Positions 48,665 through 59,449 of a DNA stretch of 64,000 nucleotides are shown here, in pieces. Within the stretch, counting starts at the first letter, position 1. Each line of letters opens with the position of its first letter. The DNA is from Nitrospinaceae bacterium. Lineage in GTDB: Bacteria; Nitrospinota; Nitrospinia; Nitrospinales; VA-1. The DNA lies in NCBI GenBank assembly GCA_046754465.1, contig JBHHVU010000009.1:17735-81734 (forward strand), read 5' to 3'. The notes below the pieces were generated by a model that ran no database searches, was not told the origin of the DNA, and worked only from the letters and a program-made list of their open reading frames with translations. A program made the position numbers and the translations under genes.

Positions 48665-51361
48665 TTATCCGGTCTGATTGGCATGGAGGGGTGGGTGTTT
48701 TGCCTCCGGATGATATCGATGACACTGCACGCATTGACTGATCCGGGTCCCTTCCTTTGCATGACACATTTTGCAAACCTGGATCGAAGGCAATAACAGG
48801 TCCGAGGTGAACACGCTGTCCTCAACAGCGTTATGACACATCGTGCAAATCAGGCGTTTGTGCTTCCCATGGTGGAATAATCCCTTGTCAAAAAACCTTT
48901 CGGGAATGTTTGGCGGCGAAACGGCGGGTAAATGAAGTTGCGCGGATTCGGATGGATTGTGATGAAGGGTTCGGGGATGGACGGAATCGAGTTTCCATAC
49001 CTTGATCGTCTGGTCATACGATGCGGAAATGATCGTCGACTCATCCTGGTTGAACCGTGCCCCGTGAATTTTATTTTCGTGTCCCTTGAATTCACGAATC
49101 AGGGTTCCCGACTCACTGTCCCACAACCGAACGATATTGTCGCTGGAACCGGTCAGGACCCTGGACCCATCCCGGCTAAACTCCGCCGTAAGAAACAGCT
49201 GGTGTTTGAGCACCCTCTCCCCCTCCTGGTTTGATTCGTAAACCGCCAGGGTGGCCTGGACCGAACCTCGATGCAGATTCCAGATTTTGGCGGAATGGTC
49301 CCTGGAGAAGGAAATCAACCGGGACCCGTCCGGGCTGAAGGCGATCCCCGTAACCTCCCTGCTGTGCCCGGAAGAAGGTTCCTCCGCCCCTTCCCCCGCT
49401 GAATATTTCCTCAAATCTTTTCCGGTCCGTGCCTCCCAAAAGCGGATGGATCCATCGGACATCGCCCCGGCAACCTGCATGCCGTCCGGCTGGAACCTGG
49501 CATCCAACACATCGAGGAAGGGTTCCTTGAACCGGGCCACTTGTTTTCCGGTTTTTGCGTCCCAGAGAATGGCCGAATAATCATCCGCCCAGGTCAACGC
49601 CCTGGTTCCCTCCTTATCGAAGGAGACTTTTTGGACGGAACCGATATGGCCCCTCAGTATATGGATGGCTTGTTGCGAATCCAAATCCCAGAGGATGGCG
49701 GATCCATCGCCAGAACCGGTGAGGATCATTTTACCGGTGGCATCAAAGCGCGCATCATGGACCGCCCCGTGGGGGTGTTTGAATATGCGGGGTGGTTTTT
49801 CCAGACCGCCCATGTCCCAAACCCTTGCCGATGAATCCCTGGAAGCCGTCAGGAGAAGATCCCCCCTCGCGCTGAAGCGAATGGAAGTCACAACGTCTTC
49901 ATGACCGCCAAGGAGGGTTTCCTCTGAAATAAATCCGGATTCCAGGCCGTATAACCGGACATCATGATCCCAGAGACTGACCGCCAACCACGCGGACCCG
50001 GGGTGGAGGTCCATCACCGGTGAAACATTCAGGACATGGCATTGGATGCATCCCCCCTTTTCTGAGAAAAAGATTTTATTTTCAACCTGGGACAAATTCT
50101 TCAATCGATCGGCGAGAAGGAGCCGATCCTTTATCTCTTGTATCTCTTGCGATTTCGATTTATTTGAGGAGAAACCCGTTTTTTCAACGGGTAAATTTTT
50201 TATGGAACCTTGGGGAACAGGGTTGCCGTTGATTTGCTCATGCAGAAATTCCTCCGGCGATTTCAGGAAAGACCGTACCAAGGCAGGCCGCACGTGAGGA
50301 ATTTCCAGCACCGGGTGTTCCTTGTCCAATACGAGTTTATGACAACCGGAACAGGACTCCTTGAAGGTAATCGGTTTCATGTGCGCTCCGGAGGAATCGG
50401 GAACGTGGCAATCCTCGCATTGCATTTCACGTTTGGATCCGTTTGCCGGACCCTCCATCTCAATAGAACTCAGGTGGCGGTGGTGGTTGAATTTAATTCG
50501 GGACCGATCGGACAATTTATCCCTGACCAGGTGGAACTCTGGATGCGTGCCGCCGCCAAACCCCTTTATGTTCGCCAAGGTGGATTCGGGATGCAGGGCC
50601 TGGATGTTGGCATGACAACGCACGCAAATCGAACTTTTTGCCGGGATCATGGATTCCCGTCCGTTATGTTCCCGGTGACAAAGGGAACATGGCGTTTTCA
50701 ATTCCGGATGATCGGCAAAGGTTTTGACCAACGTTACCGAATGCGGCCCCCTGGCATGACAAGTCAGGCAAGCTTTGTCCGCAACTTTTTCGAAGGAATG
50801 GAGGTGGCAGGATCGGCATCCCTCGCCGAGGTCCTCATGTGCCAGAAAAATGGGGCCACTGCTCCAGAACCTCTCACCACTCCCTTTCAGGGGTTGCACA
50901 AGGAAAAACCATGATATCGGCAGAATCAACAACAGGGAAAGAACCCCGTAAGACGGAAGGCGGCGGGTAATATCCAGTTTTTTGAGAGAAGCCGCGAGGA
51001 GTTGTTTTTCATCTTTTTCCAATACTTCCTGGCGGGTCTCAAGTAGTCCCCAGCCCTTCTTGTTAATAACTGTTTCCAGGGAAACGTCCCCAATTTTCAA
51101 AATATCCCCGGGCTTGAGAAGGGCCTTGGTCACGATCCTGCGGTTGATCAGGATTCCGCTGATGGATCCCAGGTCCTCGACGAACAACCCGCCCTCATGA
51201 AGTGTCAGGCGCGCATGGTTGAAGGAGACGAGCCGGCTCGGAATCCGGATATCCGAGGAACTTCCGCGTCCGATCAGGATCTCCGCCTGATCCCATTCCT
51301 GGATCGACCGATCCCTCAGAAATTTTCCCCTTCTGGTTTCCTGGATAAATTGAAATTTCAT
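48665..51361 (-). CDS. FHA - TM - decaheme cytochrome c with inserted WD40 propeller
   Basis: FHA (IGRG...VSFNHA); one TM; 10 CxxCH motifs; 7-8 WD40 repeats between hemes 7 and 8. Confidence 0.88.
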   Translation of the reverse strand: MKFQFIQETRRGKFLRDRSIQEWDQAEILIGRGSSSDIRIPSRLVSFNHARLTLHEGGLFVEDLGSISGILINRRIVTKALLKPGDILKIGDVSLETVINKKGWGLLETRQEVLEKDEKQLLAASLKKLDITRRLPSYGVLSLLLILPISWFFLVQPLKGSGERFWSSGPIFLAHEDLGEGCRSCHLHSFEKVADKACLTCHARGPHSVTLVKTFADHPELKTPCSLCHREHNGRESMIPAKSSICVRCHANIQALHPESTLANIKGFGGGTHPEFHLVRDKLSDRSRIKFNHHRHLSSIEMEGPANGSKREMQCEDCHVPDSSGAHMKPITFKESCSGCHKLVLDKEHPVLEIPHVRPALVRSFLKSPEEFLHEQINGNPVPQGSIKNLPVEKTGFSSNKSKSQEIQEIKDRLLLADRLKNLSQVENKIFFSEKGGCIQCHVLNVSPVMDLHPGSAWLAVSLWDHDVRLYGLESGFISEETLLGGHEDVVTSIRFSARGDLLLTASRDSSARVWDMGGLEKPPRIFKHPHGAVHDARFDATGKMILTGSGDGSAILWDLDSQQAIHILRGHIGSVQKVSFDKEGTRALTWADDYSAILWDAKTGKQVARFKEPFLDVLDARFQPDGMQVAGAMSDGSIRFWEARTGKDLRKYSAGEGAEEPSSGHSREVTGIAFSPDGSRLISFSRDHSAKIWNLHRGSVQATLAVYESNQEGERVLKHQLFLTAEFSRDGSRVLTGSSDNIVRLWDSESGTLIREFKGHENKIHGARFNQDESTIISASYDQTIKVWKLDSVHPRTLHHNPSESAQLHLPAVSPPNIPERFFDKGLFHHGKHKRLICTMCHNAVEDSVFTSDLLLPSIQVCKMCHAKEGTRISQCVQCHRYHPEAKHPPLHANQTG

Positions 51362-51390
51362 AGCTGGCTTTTCGTGAACGGTATCGGAAA

Positions 51391-52209
51391 TTAAAAATAA
51401 AAAACCGAGAAAACATGGATCGCCACCACAGCCAACAGCGCGATGGAAAGGGGCACATGAAAATAAAGCCAGATTTTCAACCAGAAATAAGCACCGGCCT
51501 CTTGTTTCAATTTGTTTTGAAGTTCCATTTTCTTGCGGACCAGGCGCACCGCTTGGATGGCCTCATCCTGCTCTTTCCTGGGGATGGAGGTGATGAGGTC
51601 CGTCACCTCTTTGTCTTTTGTCAGACCTTGATTTTTTCCTGAAAAAATCAGACCCGTCAGGGTCGGTTTGAAGGGGGAATCAATGGTATTCATCAACCTG
51701 ATAAAGGAATCACTTTTCTGCTGTTCAAGGCTCTCCAGGTCGGAGCCTATTACCTGGATCTGGACCAAAAGATCCCGGATGTTGCCGCCTCCCCGGTTGG
51801 AAAGGATCTGGCTGGGCAAATAAAGGTAATTGCAAGCCCCCCAAACGCCGCTTAAAACAACGGCCACTAGAAGAACATATCCCAGGGTATGCACGTTGGG
51901 GCCAAAGTTAAATCCGCCATGCATGGGGACGATCGCGATCAAGGAAATTCCGATCCAGACATGTCCAGACAACCAACCCAACACCGTTCCCCGGCTGGAA
52001 GCATAAGAACGTTTTCTCAAACCGAACCCCATCAGAAAAAGGATTCCGGCCAGGGCCAAAACACCATACGTATATCCGAGGAAGGTGCTTCCTCTTTTGC
52101 CGTTGACGGGGTGATCCAGCCAATAAAATAGGATCAATAATGAAAGAAACAGGAGGTTCAACACCATCCAACGATACTGTCTGTAATTCAAAAAATTTTC
52201 CTTTATCAT
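51391..52209 (-). CDS. Integral membrane protein, putative heme-b binding
   Basis: About 6 TMs with intramembrane His (WLSGHVW, PMHGG, WLYFHVPLS, AIHVF); start reset to ATG 52209 (ATGA overlap). Confidence 0.8.
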   Translation of the reverse strand: MIKENFLNYRQYRWMVLNLLFLSLLILFYWLDHPVNGKRGSTFLGYTYGVLALAGILFLMGFGLRKRSYASSRGTVLGWLSGHVWIGISLIAIVPMHGGFNFGPNVHTLGYVLLVAVVLSGVWGACNYLYLPSQILSNRGGGNIRDLLVQIQVIGSDLESLEQQKSDSFIRLMNTIDSPFKPTLTGLIFSGKNQGLTKDKEVTDLITSIPRKEQDEAIQAVRLVRKKMELQNKLKQEAGAYFWLKIWLYFHVPLSIALLAVVAIHVFSVFYF

Positions 52210-54575
52210 TTCCAAAACCCCTGTGTCTGACCCGCCAACTCGAACAACTTCGCCGGCTCCACCCGCATGGCGGCTCCCGTGGGACAGGACCGGACACAGG
52301 CAGGGCCTCCCTTCAACCCGATGCACATGTCGCATTTGGCGGCTTTTGGAGGACCCTCTTCTTTCACCCGGGGTTTGAACCAGGAAGAAAAAAGGGATTT
52401 TTTCCCTTGAGGAGGAGTGTCGTGAACCATTTGAATCACCCCATAAGGACAATTCTGCTGGCAATTGCCGCAACCGATGCATGAATCCCGGATTATGATT
52501 TCTCCATTCGGCTGGCGGGTCAGGGCATCCGGCGGACAGTCCAGCATACACAAGGGGTTTTCACAATGGCGGCAGGAAGTGGGAACCTGGATGAAGCTGA
52601 AACTTTCTCCCCCGTTCCTGTCCAGACGGCTGCAACCGTTATGGGTGGCGGCGCAAGCCTGCTCGCAGTTATCGCAACTTACGCAAAGATCGGAATCAAT
52701 GATTAAAACATTGTCCGCGTCGGACAATCCCTTGCCTAGCATGAAATCCAGAAGTTTCGCCGACGACTCACTGGACTGGAAGGCGAGGTTTTCGATGCGG
52801 CGTTTTTCCGCCACCCGGCTGATCCGCTCCCTCGCATCGGGATGTTGCTTGACAAAATCCAGGAAATCCGGTTTTCCTATCACCAGAGTGTCGCAGGCCA
52901 CCACGGCGGTGACCGTTGCTTCCCGAAGTCCAGGTTCGGGATTGAGAACGGACATTTCGCCGACATAATTCCCTGCTGGCAAATACGTTTGTGTGATATT
53001 CAGGCCATTGATCCGGCGGGAGATTCTCACTTCCCCTTTACGAATCACATGAAAGGAGTCTCCTTCATCCCCTTCCTTGAAAAGAACGTCACCCTTTTTT
53101 AAATGATTCAACGCGGCCTTCCTGGACAAATCTTTTAGGAATTTCGAATGCACTCCTGGGAAAATAGAGGTTTGCAACGCCCGGAACACAAAAATTTCGT
53201 CCAGGGCCCGTTTCACCGAATCCACGGAATTGATCAACTTCTGTATTTGCTTGCGCGGCGTTTCCAGGAACAAGGATTGCTCAGCGACGTGCACGGTGGC
53301 CGACCGCCGCCGGCCCGACAGCAACCCCATTTCCCCGAAAAAATCTCCCGGTCCGATTTCCACCCATTGATCCTCCGGCAGGTCATCATCGGGAAGTTCG
53401 ACCAAAACCCTGCCCTCGATGATGTTGAACAGGGTATCTGAATAGTCGTTTCGCCGGAAGACAAGCTGTCCCTGGTTCTTTACACGGAGGGAGGATTCAT
53501 AAATCAATTCCCGGAACTGGGGATCACTCAAATCCCGGAACAGGGGAAGGTTTAGTCGGATGCGGTCCAGGTTTTCTTGGACCGATCCGGGAAGGATTTC
53601 CAGTTTTTCCTTAATCAATACCTGGTCGGCGGGCTCGACGGGATTTCCCAAAATATGCTCTATCACCTCATGACCCTGGTTGATCGCCTGTTTTATCAAT
53701 GGATACCCGATCAAGGAACCAATCAGGTAAAGTCCCTTGACGTTGGACTCATAATGGCTGTCCACAAGCGGGACCGCCCCAGGCTTCGATGAAGGGAACT
53801 CGACTCCGCAACTTTCAATAAATTTTCTGGGAGGAATGCCACCCAGGCGGGCTATCAAGTGACTGCAGGGGACCGTCACTTCCCCGTTGGGGGTGTTGAG
53901 GATGGTTTGCTCCGGTTCAATCCGGGCGACCGTGGTGTTGTAATAACCGCGGATGGATCCCGACTCGATCGCGTCCTGGACCCGGGCGGCGTTGGCGTCC
54001 TTGGCACGGGGAAATCCACCTCCCCGGTTGATGATGGAAACCCGGTTCCTTTCCGCCAACACCAGCGCGTGCTCGATCGCGGCGTCGCCCGCGCCCACCA
54101 CCAGAATATCCCGATCCTGGAAGGCGTCGGGGTCCGCCAACCGGTAAGCGACGTGAGGCAAGTCCTCTCCCGGAACCCCCTGCTTCCGGGGAGTCCCCCC
54201 CACGCCCAGGGCCAATATCAGCGACTGGCAGGTGCAATGACCCTCCCCATAAAACACCTTGAACAGCCCTTCGGACTTTTTGATCCTGGAGACGTGCACC
54301 CGTTGACGCACATTTACATTCGCCTCCCGGACCGCCTGCTCCCAGGTTTGGAGAACCTGTTCCCGGGTTCCCGCGCGGAAGCTCAAATGACCCGCCAACG
54401 GGAGCTTGCCCGGTTCCGCCATCACATGTTTCCGCAATTGGTATTCATGGATAGTGTTGGCAATTTCCCCTTTTTCCAACACCACATGGGAAAGATTGTG
54501 ATGGGAGGCATTTATCCCGGCGCTTACCCCCCCGGGTCCAGCGCCTACAATAGCCACATCAAAATGTTCTACCAT
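52206..54575 (-). CDS. TrxB/YpdA-like FAD/NAD(P)H oxidoreductase + 2 cNMP-binding domains + 4x[4Fe-4S] ferredoxin domain
   Basis: GAGPGG and GAGDAA; FFGEMGLLSGRRRSAT and YVGEMS...REAT; four Cys clusters (CVSCDNC, CRHC, CIGCGNC, KCDMC). Confidence 0.9.
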   Translation of the reverse strand: MVEHFDVAIVGAGPGGVSAGINASHHNLSHVVLEKGEIANTIHEYQLRKHVMAEPGKLPLAGHLSFRAGTREQVLQTWEQAVREANVNVRQRVHVSRIKKSEGLFKVFYGEGHCTCQSLILALGVGGTPRKQGVPGEDLPHVAYRLADPDAFQDRDILVVGAGDAAIEHALVLAERNRVSIINRGGGFPRAKDANAARVQDAIESGSIRGYYNTTVARIEPEQTILNTPNGEVTVPCSHLIARLGGIPPRKFIESCGVEFPSSKPGAVPLVDSHYESNVKGLYLIGSLIGYPLIKQAINQGHEVIEHILGNPVEPADQVLIKEKLEILPGSVQENLDRIRLNLPLFRDLSDPQFRELIYESSLRVKNQGQLVFRRNDYSDTLFNIIEGRVLVELPDDDLPEDQWVEIGPGDFFGEMGLLSGRRRSATVHVAEQSLFLETPRKQIQKLINSVDSVKRALDEIFVFRALQTSIFPGVHSKFLKDLSRKAALNHLKKGDVLFKEGDEGDSFHVIRKGEVRISRRINGLNITQTYLPAGNYVGEMSVLNPEPGLREATVTAVVACDTLVIGKPDFLDFVKQHPDARERISRVAEKRRIENLAFQSSESSAKLLDFMLGKGLSDADNVLIIDSDLCVSCDNCEQACAATHNGCSRLDRNGGESFSFIQVPTSCRHCENPLCMLDCPPDALTRQPNGEIIIRDSCIGCGNCQQNCPYGVIQMVHDTPPQGKKSLFSSWFKPRVKEEGPPKAAKCDMCIGLKGGPACVRSCPTGAAMRVEPAKLFELAGQTQGFWK

Positions 54576-54921
54576 GGTTTCCCCATCAATCCCTGCTACT
54601 GCTTAATATGAGAATTGAATTACGAAACCCAACCGCGTGAGCTTGCAAGCCCCAACGTATTCAAGAACCGTTCTGAAAATTTCAAGGTGGTATGGAGATT
54701 GATTTTCCTTATATATAGTCCTTTTTACCCAATCATTCAATGATGCAGCCGGAATTTCCTCATTCATCCAGCAAATTCGGGATCTATCCGGCAGGGGCAA
54801 CCAAAGGTGGTTGACAACCAATGGAGCCGGAAGCATAATGCCCAGTTGGCCGTGGGACCCAGCCTTTACCCCCATTGAATCCTGTTTGTCACGCTTTAAA
54901 AATCCATAAGGAAATTTATAG

Positions 54922-56262
<1,341 letters not shown>

Positions 56263-56324
56263 TCCACGGTAAGGGATTCACAGCGACACCCACCGGGTGA
56301 CGGGCTGGGTGAGGGTGGTTTATC

Positions 56325-56618
56325 TTGAAACTGGATTTTGCCGAAAACGTTCTCGATTACCTGCGGGATCAAGGCCGGTTCGATCTGACCATCGACCTGG
56401 AGGAAATTCGGTCCTCCTGCTGCGTGGGCCGTATCCCGGAAATCCGCATCCATTTCAATCCCCCAGAAAACCCTGAAAAATACAGGCATTTCAGCGCCGA
56501 GGACATCCACGTCCACATCTCCAACCTGTTGCGGACCCAGAACACCCTCACCTTGACCCTTTCTGGCGTGGGACCGTTCAAAAAACTCCAGGTCTCCGGC
56601 CTGAATCTTGTACTATAA
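56325..56618 (+). CDS. Small HesB-like / CC-motif family protein
   Basis: 97 aa with SSCCVGRIPEI; resembles the CC/Se motif family. Confidence 0.6.
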   Translation: MKLDFAENVLDYLRDQGRFDLTIDLEEIRSSCCVGRIPEIRIHFNPPENPEKYRHFSAEDIHVHISNLLRTQNTLTLTLSGVGPFKKLQVSGLNLVL

Positions 56619-56699
56619 TAGAAACATTCCGCATCTGGTTTGGTTATCGGGGCATTCATGAAATCCATGGGTTAGAAGGGATTCACGGGTCTTTAAGTC

Positions 56700-58409
56700 A
56701 TGTTGACATTCTCCATTCTCATCGGATCCTGTTTGTTTTTCTTTTTTATCGGTTACCGGTTTTACGCCGGGCGGCTGGACCGGGACGTGATCCAGCCCGA
56801 TGGTGCGAAAACCACCCCCGCGGTCAGCCAGGGCGACGGCGTGGATTACGTCGCCAGCAAGCCGATGGTGTTGTTCGGGCATAATTTCGCCTCCATCGCG
56901 GGAGCCGGACCCGTCATTGGCCCCATCATCGCCATGCACCATTTCGGGTGGGTGCTCACCCTGTTCTGGATCCTGGTGGGGAATGTTTTTATCGGCGCGG
57001 TCCACGACTACGTCACGCTGATGGTTTCGGTGCGCAACCGGGGAAGTTCCATCGCCGATATCGCCGAAAATACCATGGGGTATCGAGCCAAGGCGGTGTT
57101 CGCGGTGTTCCTGGTCCTGGCAATGCTCCTGGTGATCGCCGTGTTCGGCGTGGTGGCGGCGAAAACTCTGATCGCCCAGCCGGAAATGGTCTTTCCCACC
57201 TTCGCCATCATTCCGGTATCGATGATCCTGGGATGGTTCATCTACAAAAAGGGTTCCAACCTGGTCATGGCCTCGCTAATTGCGGTGGGTGTGATCATTC
57301 TCAATATCTATATCGGATTCAAAATCCCTTTTCCCCTCCCGGAAGACGGGGTGTTGGGTCTTTCTCCCCTGATGGTCTGGTTCGTGGCCCTGATGGCTTA
57401 TGCCGGGATCGCGTCGGTGATGCCGGTTCAAATTCTCTTGCAGCCGCGGGACTACCTTTCAACCTATATTTTATTCGGATCAATGCTGCTGGCCATTCTG
57501 GGTCTCCTTTGGGTGCGCCCGGAAATCAACACGCCAGCCTACCTGGGAATGTTTTCGGAAGGCCAGGGACCGGTCTGGCCCATGCTTTTCGTGCTGGTGG
57601 CCTGCGGGTCGGTTTCCGGATTCCACTCCCTGGTGGCGGGAGGCACCACCTCCAAGCAGCTCGCCAATGAATCCCATGGCCGGCCAATCAGTTACGGGGG
57701 GATGCTGACGGAAGGCGTCGTTGCGGTCGTCACGGTGCTCCTGGTTGGAGGCGGACTTTACTGGGTGGCCCCCGCCGCCGGGAACGTCGATATGGCCACC
57801 CTCGGGTTCCGGGAAACGCTGAGATCCGGAGGATGGATCCTGGCGTTCGGGAACGGATTCGGCAACGTGGTGCACCAGATGCTGCCGATGTTGAGTTTCA
57901 CCTTCGCCTCAATGATCGCGGTCCTGGCCCTCAATACTTTTGTGTTGACCACCCTGGACACGGCGGTGCGCATCACCCGGTTCATCGTCCAGGAATCGCT
58001 GGGCCGCAAGGTGCCTTTCTTCGAGAACAAATACGTTTCCACCGGGGTCATCATTCTCCTGGCTTACATGATCGGGGCCACGGAGGGGTGGCAGAAAATT
58101 TGGCCCATCTTCGGGGCGACTAATCAGCTCATTGCGGCGGTAGCGCTCATGGTTGTATCCACTTACCTGATCGGGGTCCGAAAACCCGCGAAATACACGC
58201 TGTATCCCGCCATATTCATGGTGATCACCACCATTGGGGCGCTGGCGTGGCAGGGCTACCGGTTTTTCAGCGCTCCCGAACCGAATTATCTTCTGGGATT
58301 CGCCTCCCTGATCCTCATCGGCCTATCCCTGTTTGTCGGCAATGAGGGGATGCGGGTCCTCAAAGGGCGGCGGAGGGACGGGCTCCAACCCTCCCCCTCG
58401 GAAGCCTGA
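56700..58409 (+). CDS. cstA: Carbon starvation protein A family transporter
   Basis: DGVDYV, GHNFASIAGAGP, ACGSVSGFH, WPIFGATNQL. Confidence 0.93.
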   Translation: MLTFSILIGSCLFFFFIGYRFYAGRLDRDVIQPDGAKTTPAVSQGDGVDYVASKPMVLFGHNFASIAGAGPVIGPIIAMHHFGWVLTLFWILVGNVFIGAVHDYVTLMVSVRNRGSSIADIAENTMGYRAKAVFAVFLVLAMLLVIAVFGVVAAKTLIAQPEMVFPTFAIIPVSMILGWFIYKKGSNLVMASLIAVGVIILNIYIGFKIPFPLPEDGVLGLSPLMVWFVALMAYAGIASVMPVQILLQPRDYLSTYILFGSMLLAILGLLWVRPEINTPAYLGMFSEGQGPVWPMLFVLVACGSVSGFHSLVAGGTTSKQLANESHGRPISYGGMLTEGVVAVVTVLLVGGGLYWVAPAAGNVDMATLGFRETLRSGGWILAFGNGFGNVVHQMLPMLSFTFASMIAVLALNTFVLTTLDTAVRITRFIVQESLGRKVPFFENKYVSTGVIILLAYMIGATEGWQKIWPIFGATNQLIAAVALMVVSTYLIGVRKPAKYTLYPAIFMVITTIGALAWQGYRFFSAPEPNYLLGFASLILIGLSLFVGNEGMRVLKGRRRDGLQPSPSEA

Positions 58410-58537
58410 TCCTGTTTCGGTTGGTTTTTCCAGGGGATTGTATTATGATAAATTTCATCAAACCGCTTGAAATTGGTTTCCATTCCGCCACCCAGGCCCC
58501 TCCGGCCAAGGCGGCGTAATTCCGGGGAACGATCGCC

Positions 58538-59209
58538 ATGAAGCTCAGCGAAATTCTGGCTGCCAGGGAAAAGGCCAAGGAAAAAACGGCCCAGGGGCTT
58601 GGAATCACCAGCCCCCAGACTCCGCGGCCCGTGGCTGCCAAGTCGGTGATCAAGGTCATCCGCACCCGGACGACGCCCAATTCCGATGCCCTCCAATATG
58701 TGCTGAACGCCCAGATCATCGACCACGGTAACAAGTCGTACGCTTCGAAAAAGGATTGCGACGGTGACCCGATGGGGCAGGCACTGTTCGCGGTGAGGGG
58801 GGTGCAAAACGTTTATGTGATGGAGAACTTCGTCACCGTCACCAAAGACCCCGACGTGGACTGGGTTCCGCTCAAGGACCAGATCTGGAAAACCATCGAC
58901 AAGCATGTGGCGATTTACCAGACCGATGAAAGCGCCCCGGGAGTCCAGATCGATGTGGGGAATTTCCCGTCCCTATCCCGGGAAGACAAACTGAAAGCCA
59001 TCGAAATGGTGCTCAACCGATCCATCCGTTCCAACCTGGCACGCGACGGCGGCGGCGTGGAGGTCAAAGGCCTGGAGGAAAACGTGGTTCACATCCAGTA
59101 TCATGGCGCGTGCGGGAGTTGCGCGACGTCCACCCAGGGAACGCTCCAATTCATTCAGGCCCAGCTCAAACAGCAACTCCACCCCGAATTGCAAGTCAAA
59201 CCCGTTTAA
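58538..59209 (+). CDS. Nfu/NifU-like Fe-S carrier
   Basis: Nfu_N domain (TPN, FVTVTK) and NifU-C domain (DGGGVE...GACGSC). Confidence 0.88.
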   Translation: MKLSEILAAREKAKEKTAQGLGITSPQTPRPVAAKSVIKVIRTRTTPNSDALQYVLNAQIIDHGNKSYASKKDCDGDPMGQALFAVRGVQNVYVMENFVTVTKDPDVDWVPLKDQIWKTIDKHVAIYQTDESAPGVQIDVGNFPSLSREDKLKAIEMVLNRSIRSNLARDGGGVEVKGLEENVVHIQYHGACGSCATSTQGTLQFIQAQLKQQLHPELQVKPV

Positions 59210-59449
59210 TCCCCTCCGGAAATCGGACCTCCTAACAAACCCCCCCGACTTTTTTCTCTTCTCGAAATTAAGATTTTGCGCGCTTTTCTTGTCAACCTGC
59301 CAGGCATCCCTTGACCCGTTGGGGTGGGTCCCCGGATGGATTCCCGGAAAAGTCTCCGCCTGGCCATCCCAAACGGGGCAAAATTTCCCTAAAAAACCTT
59401 TTATCAATATGTTATGATTCCATGATATTCAATACACCCCAAAATCCAA

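Noticed and set aside
52210..52551. N-terminal extension of the membrane subunit
   Set aside because: It overlaps the ferredoxin domain of the upstream gene; the ATGA-coupled start at 52209 is preferred.
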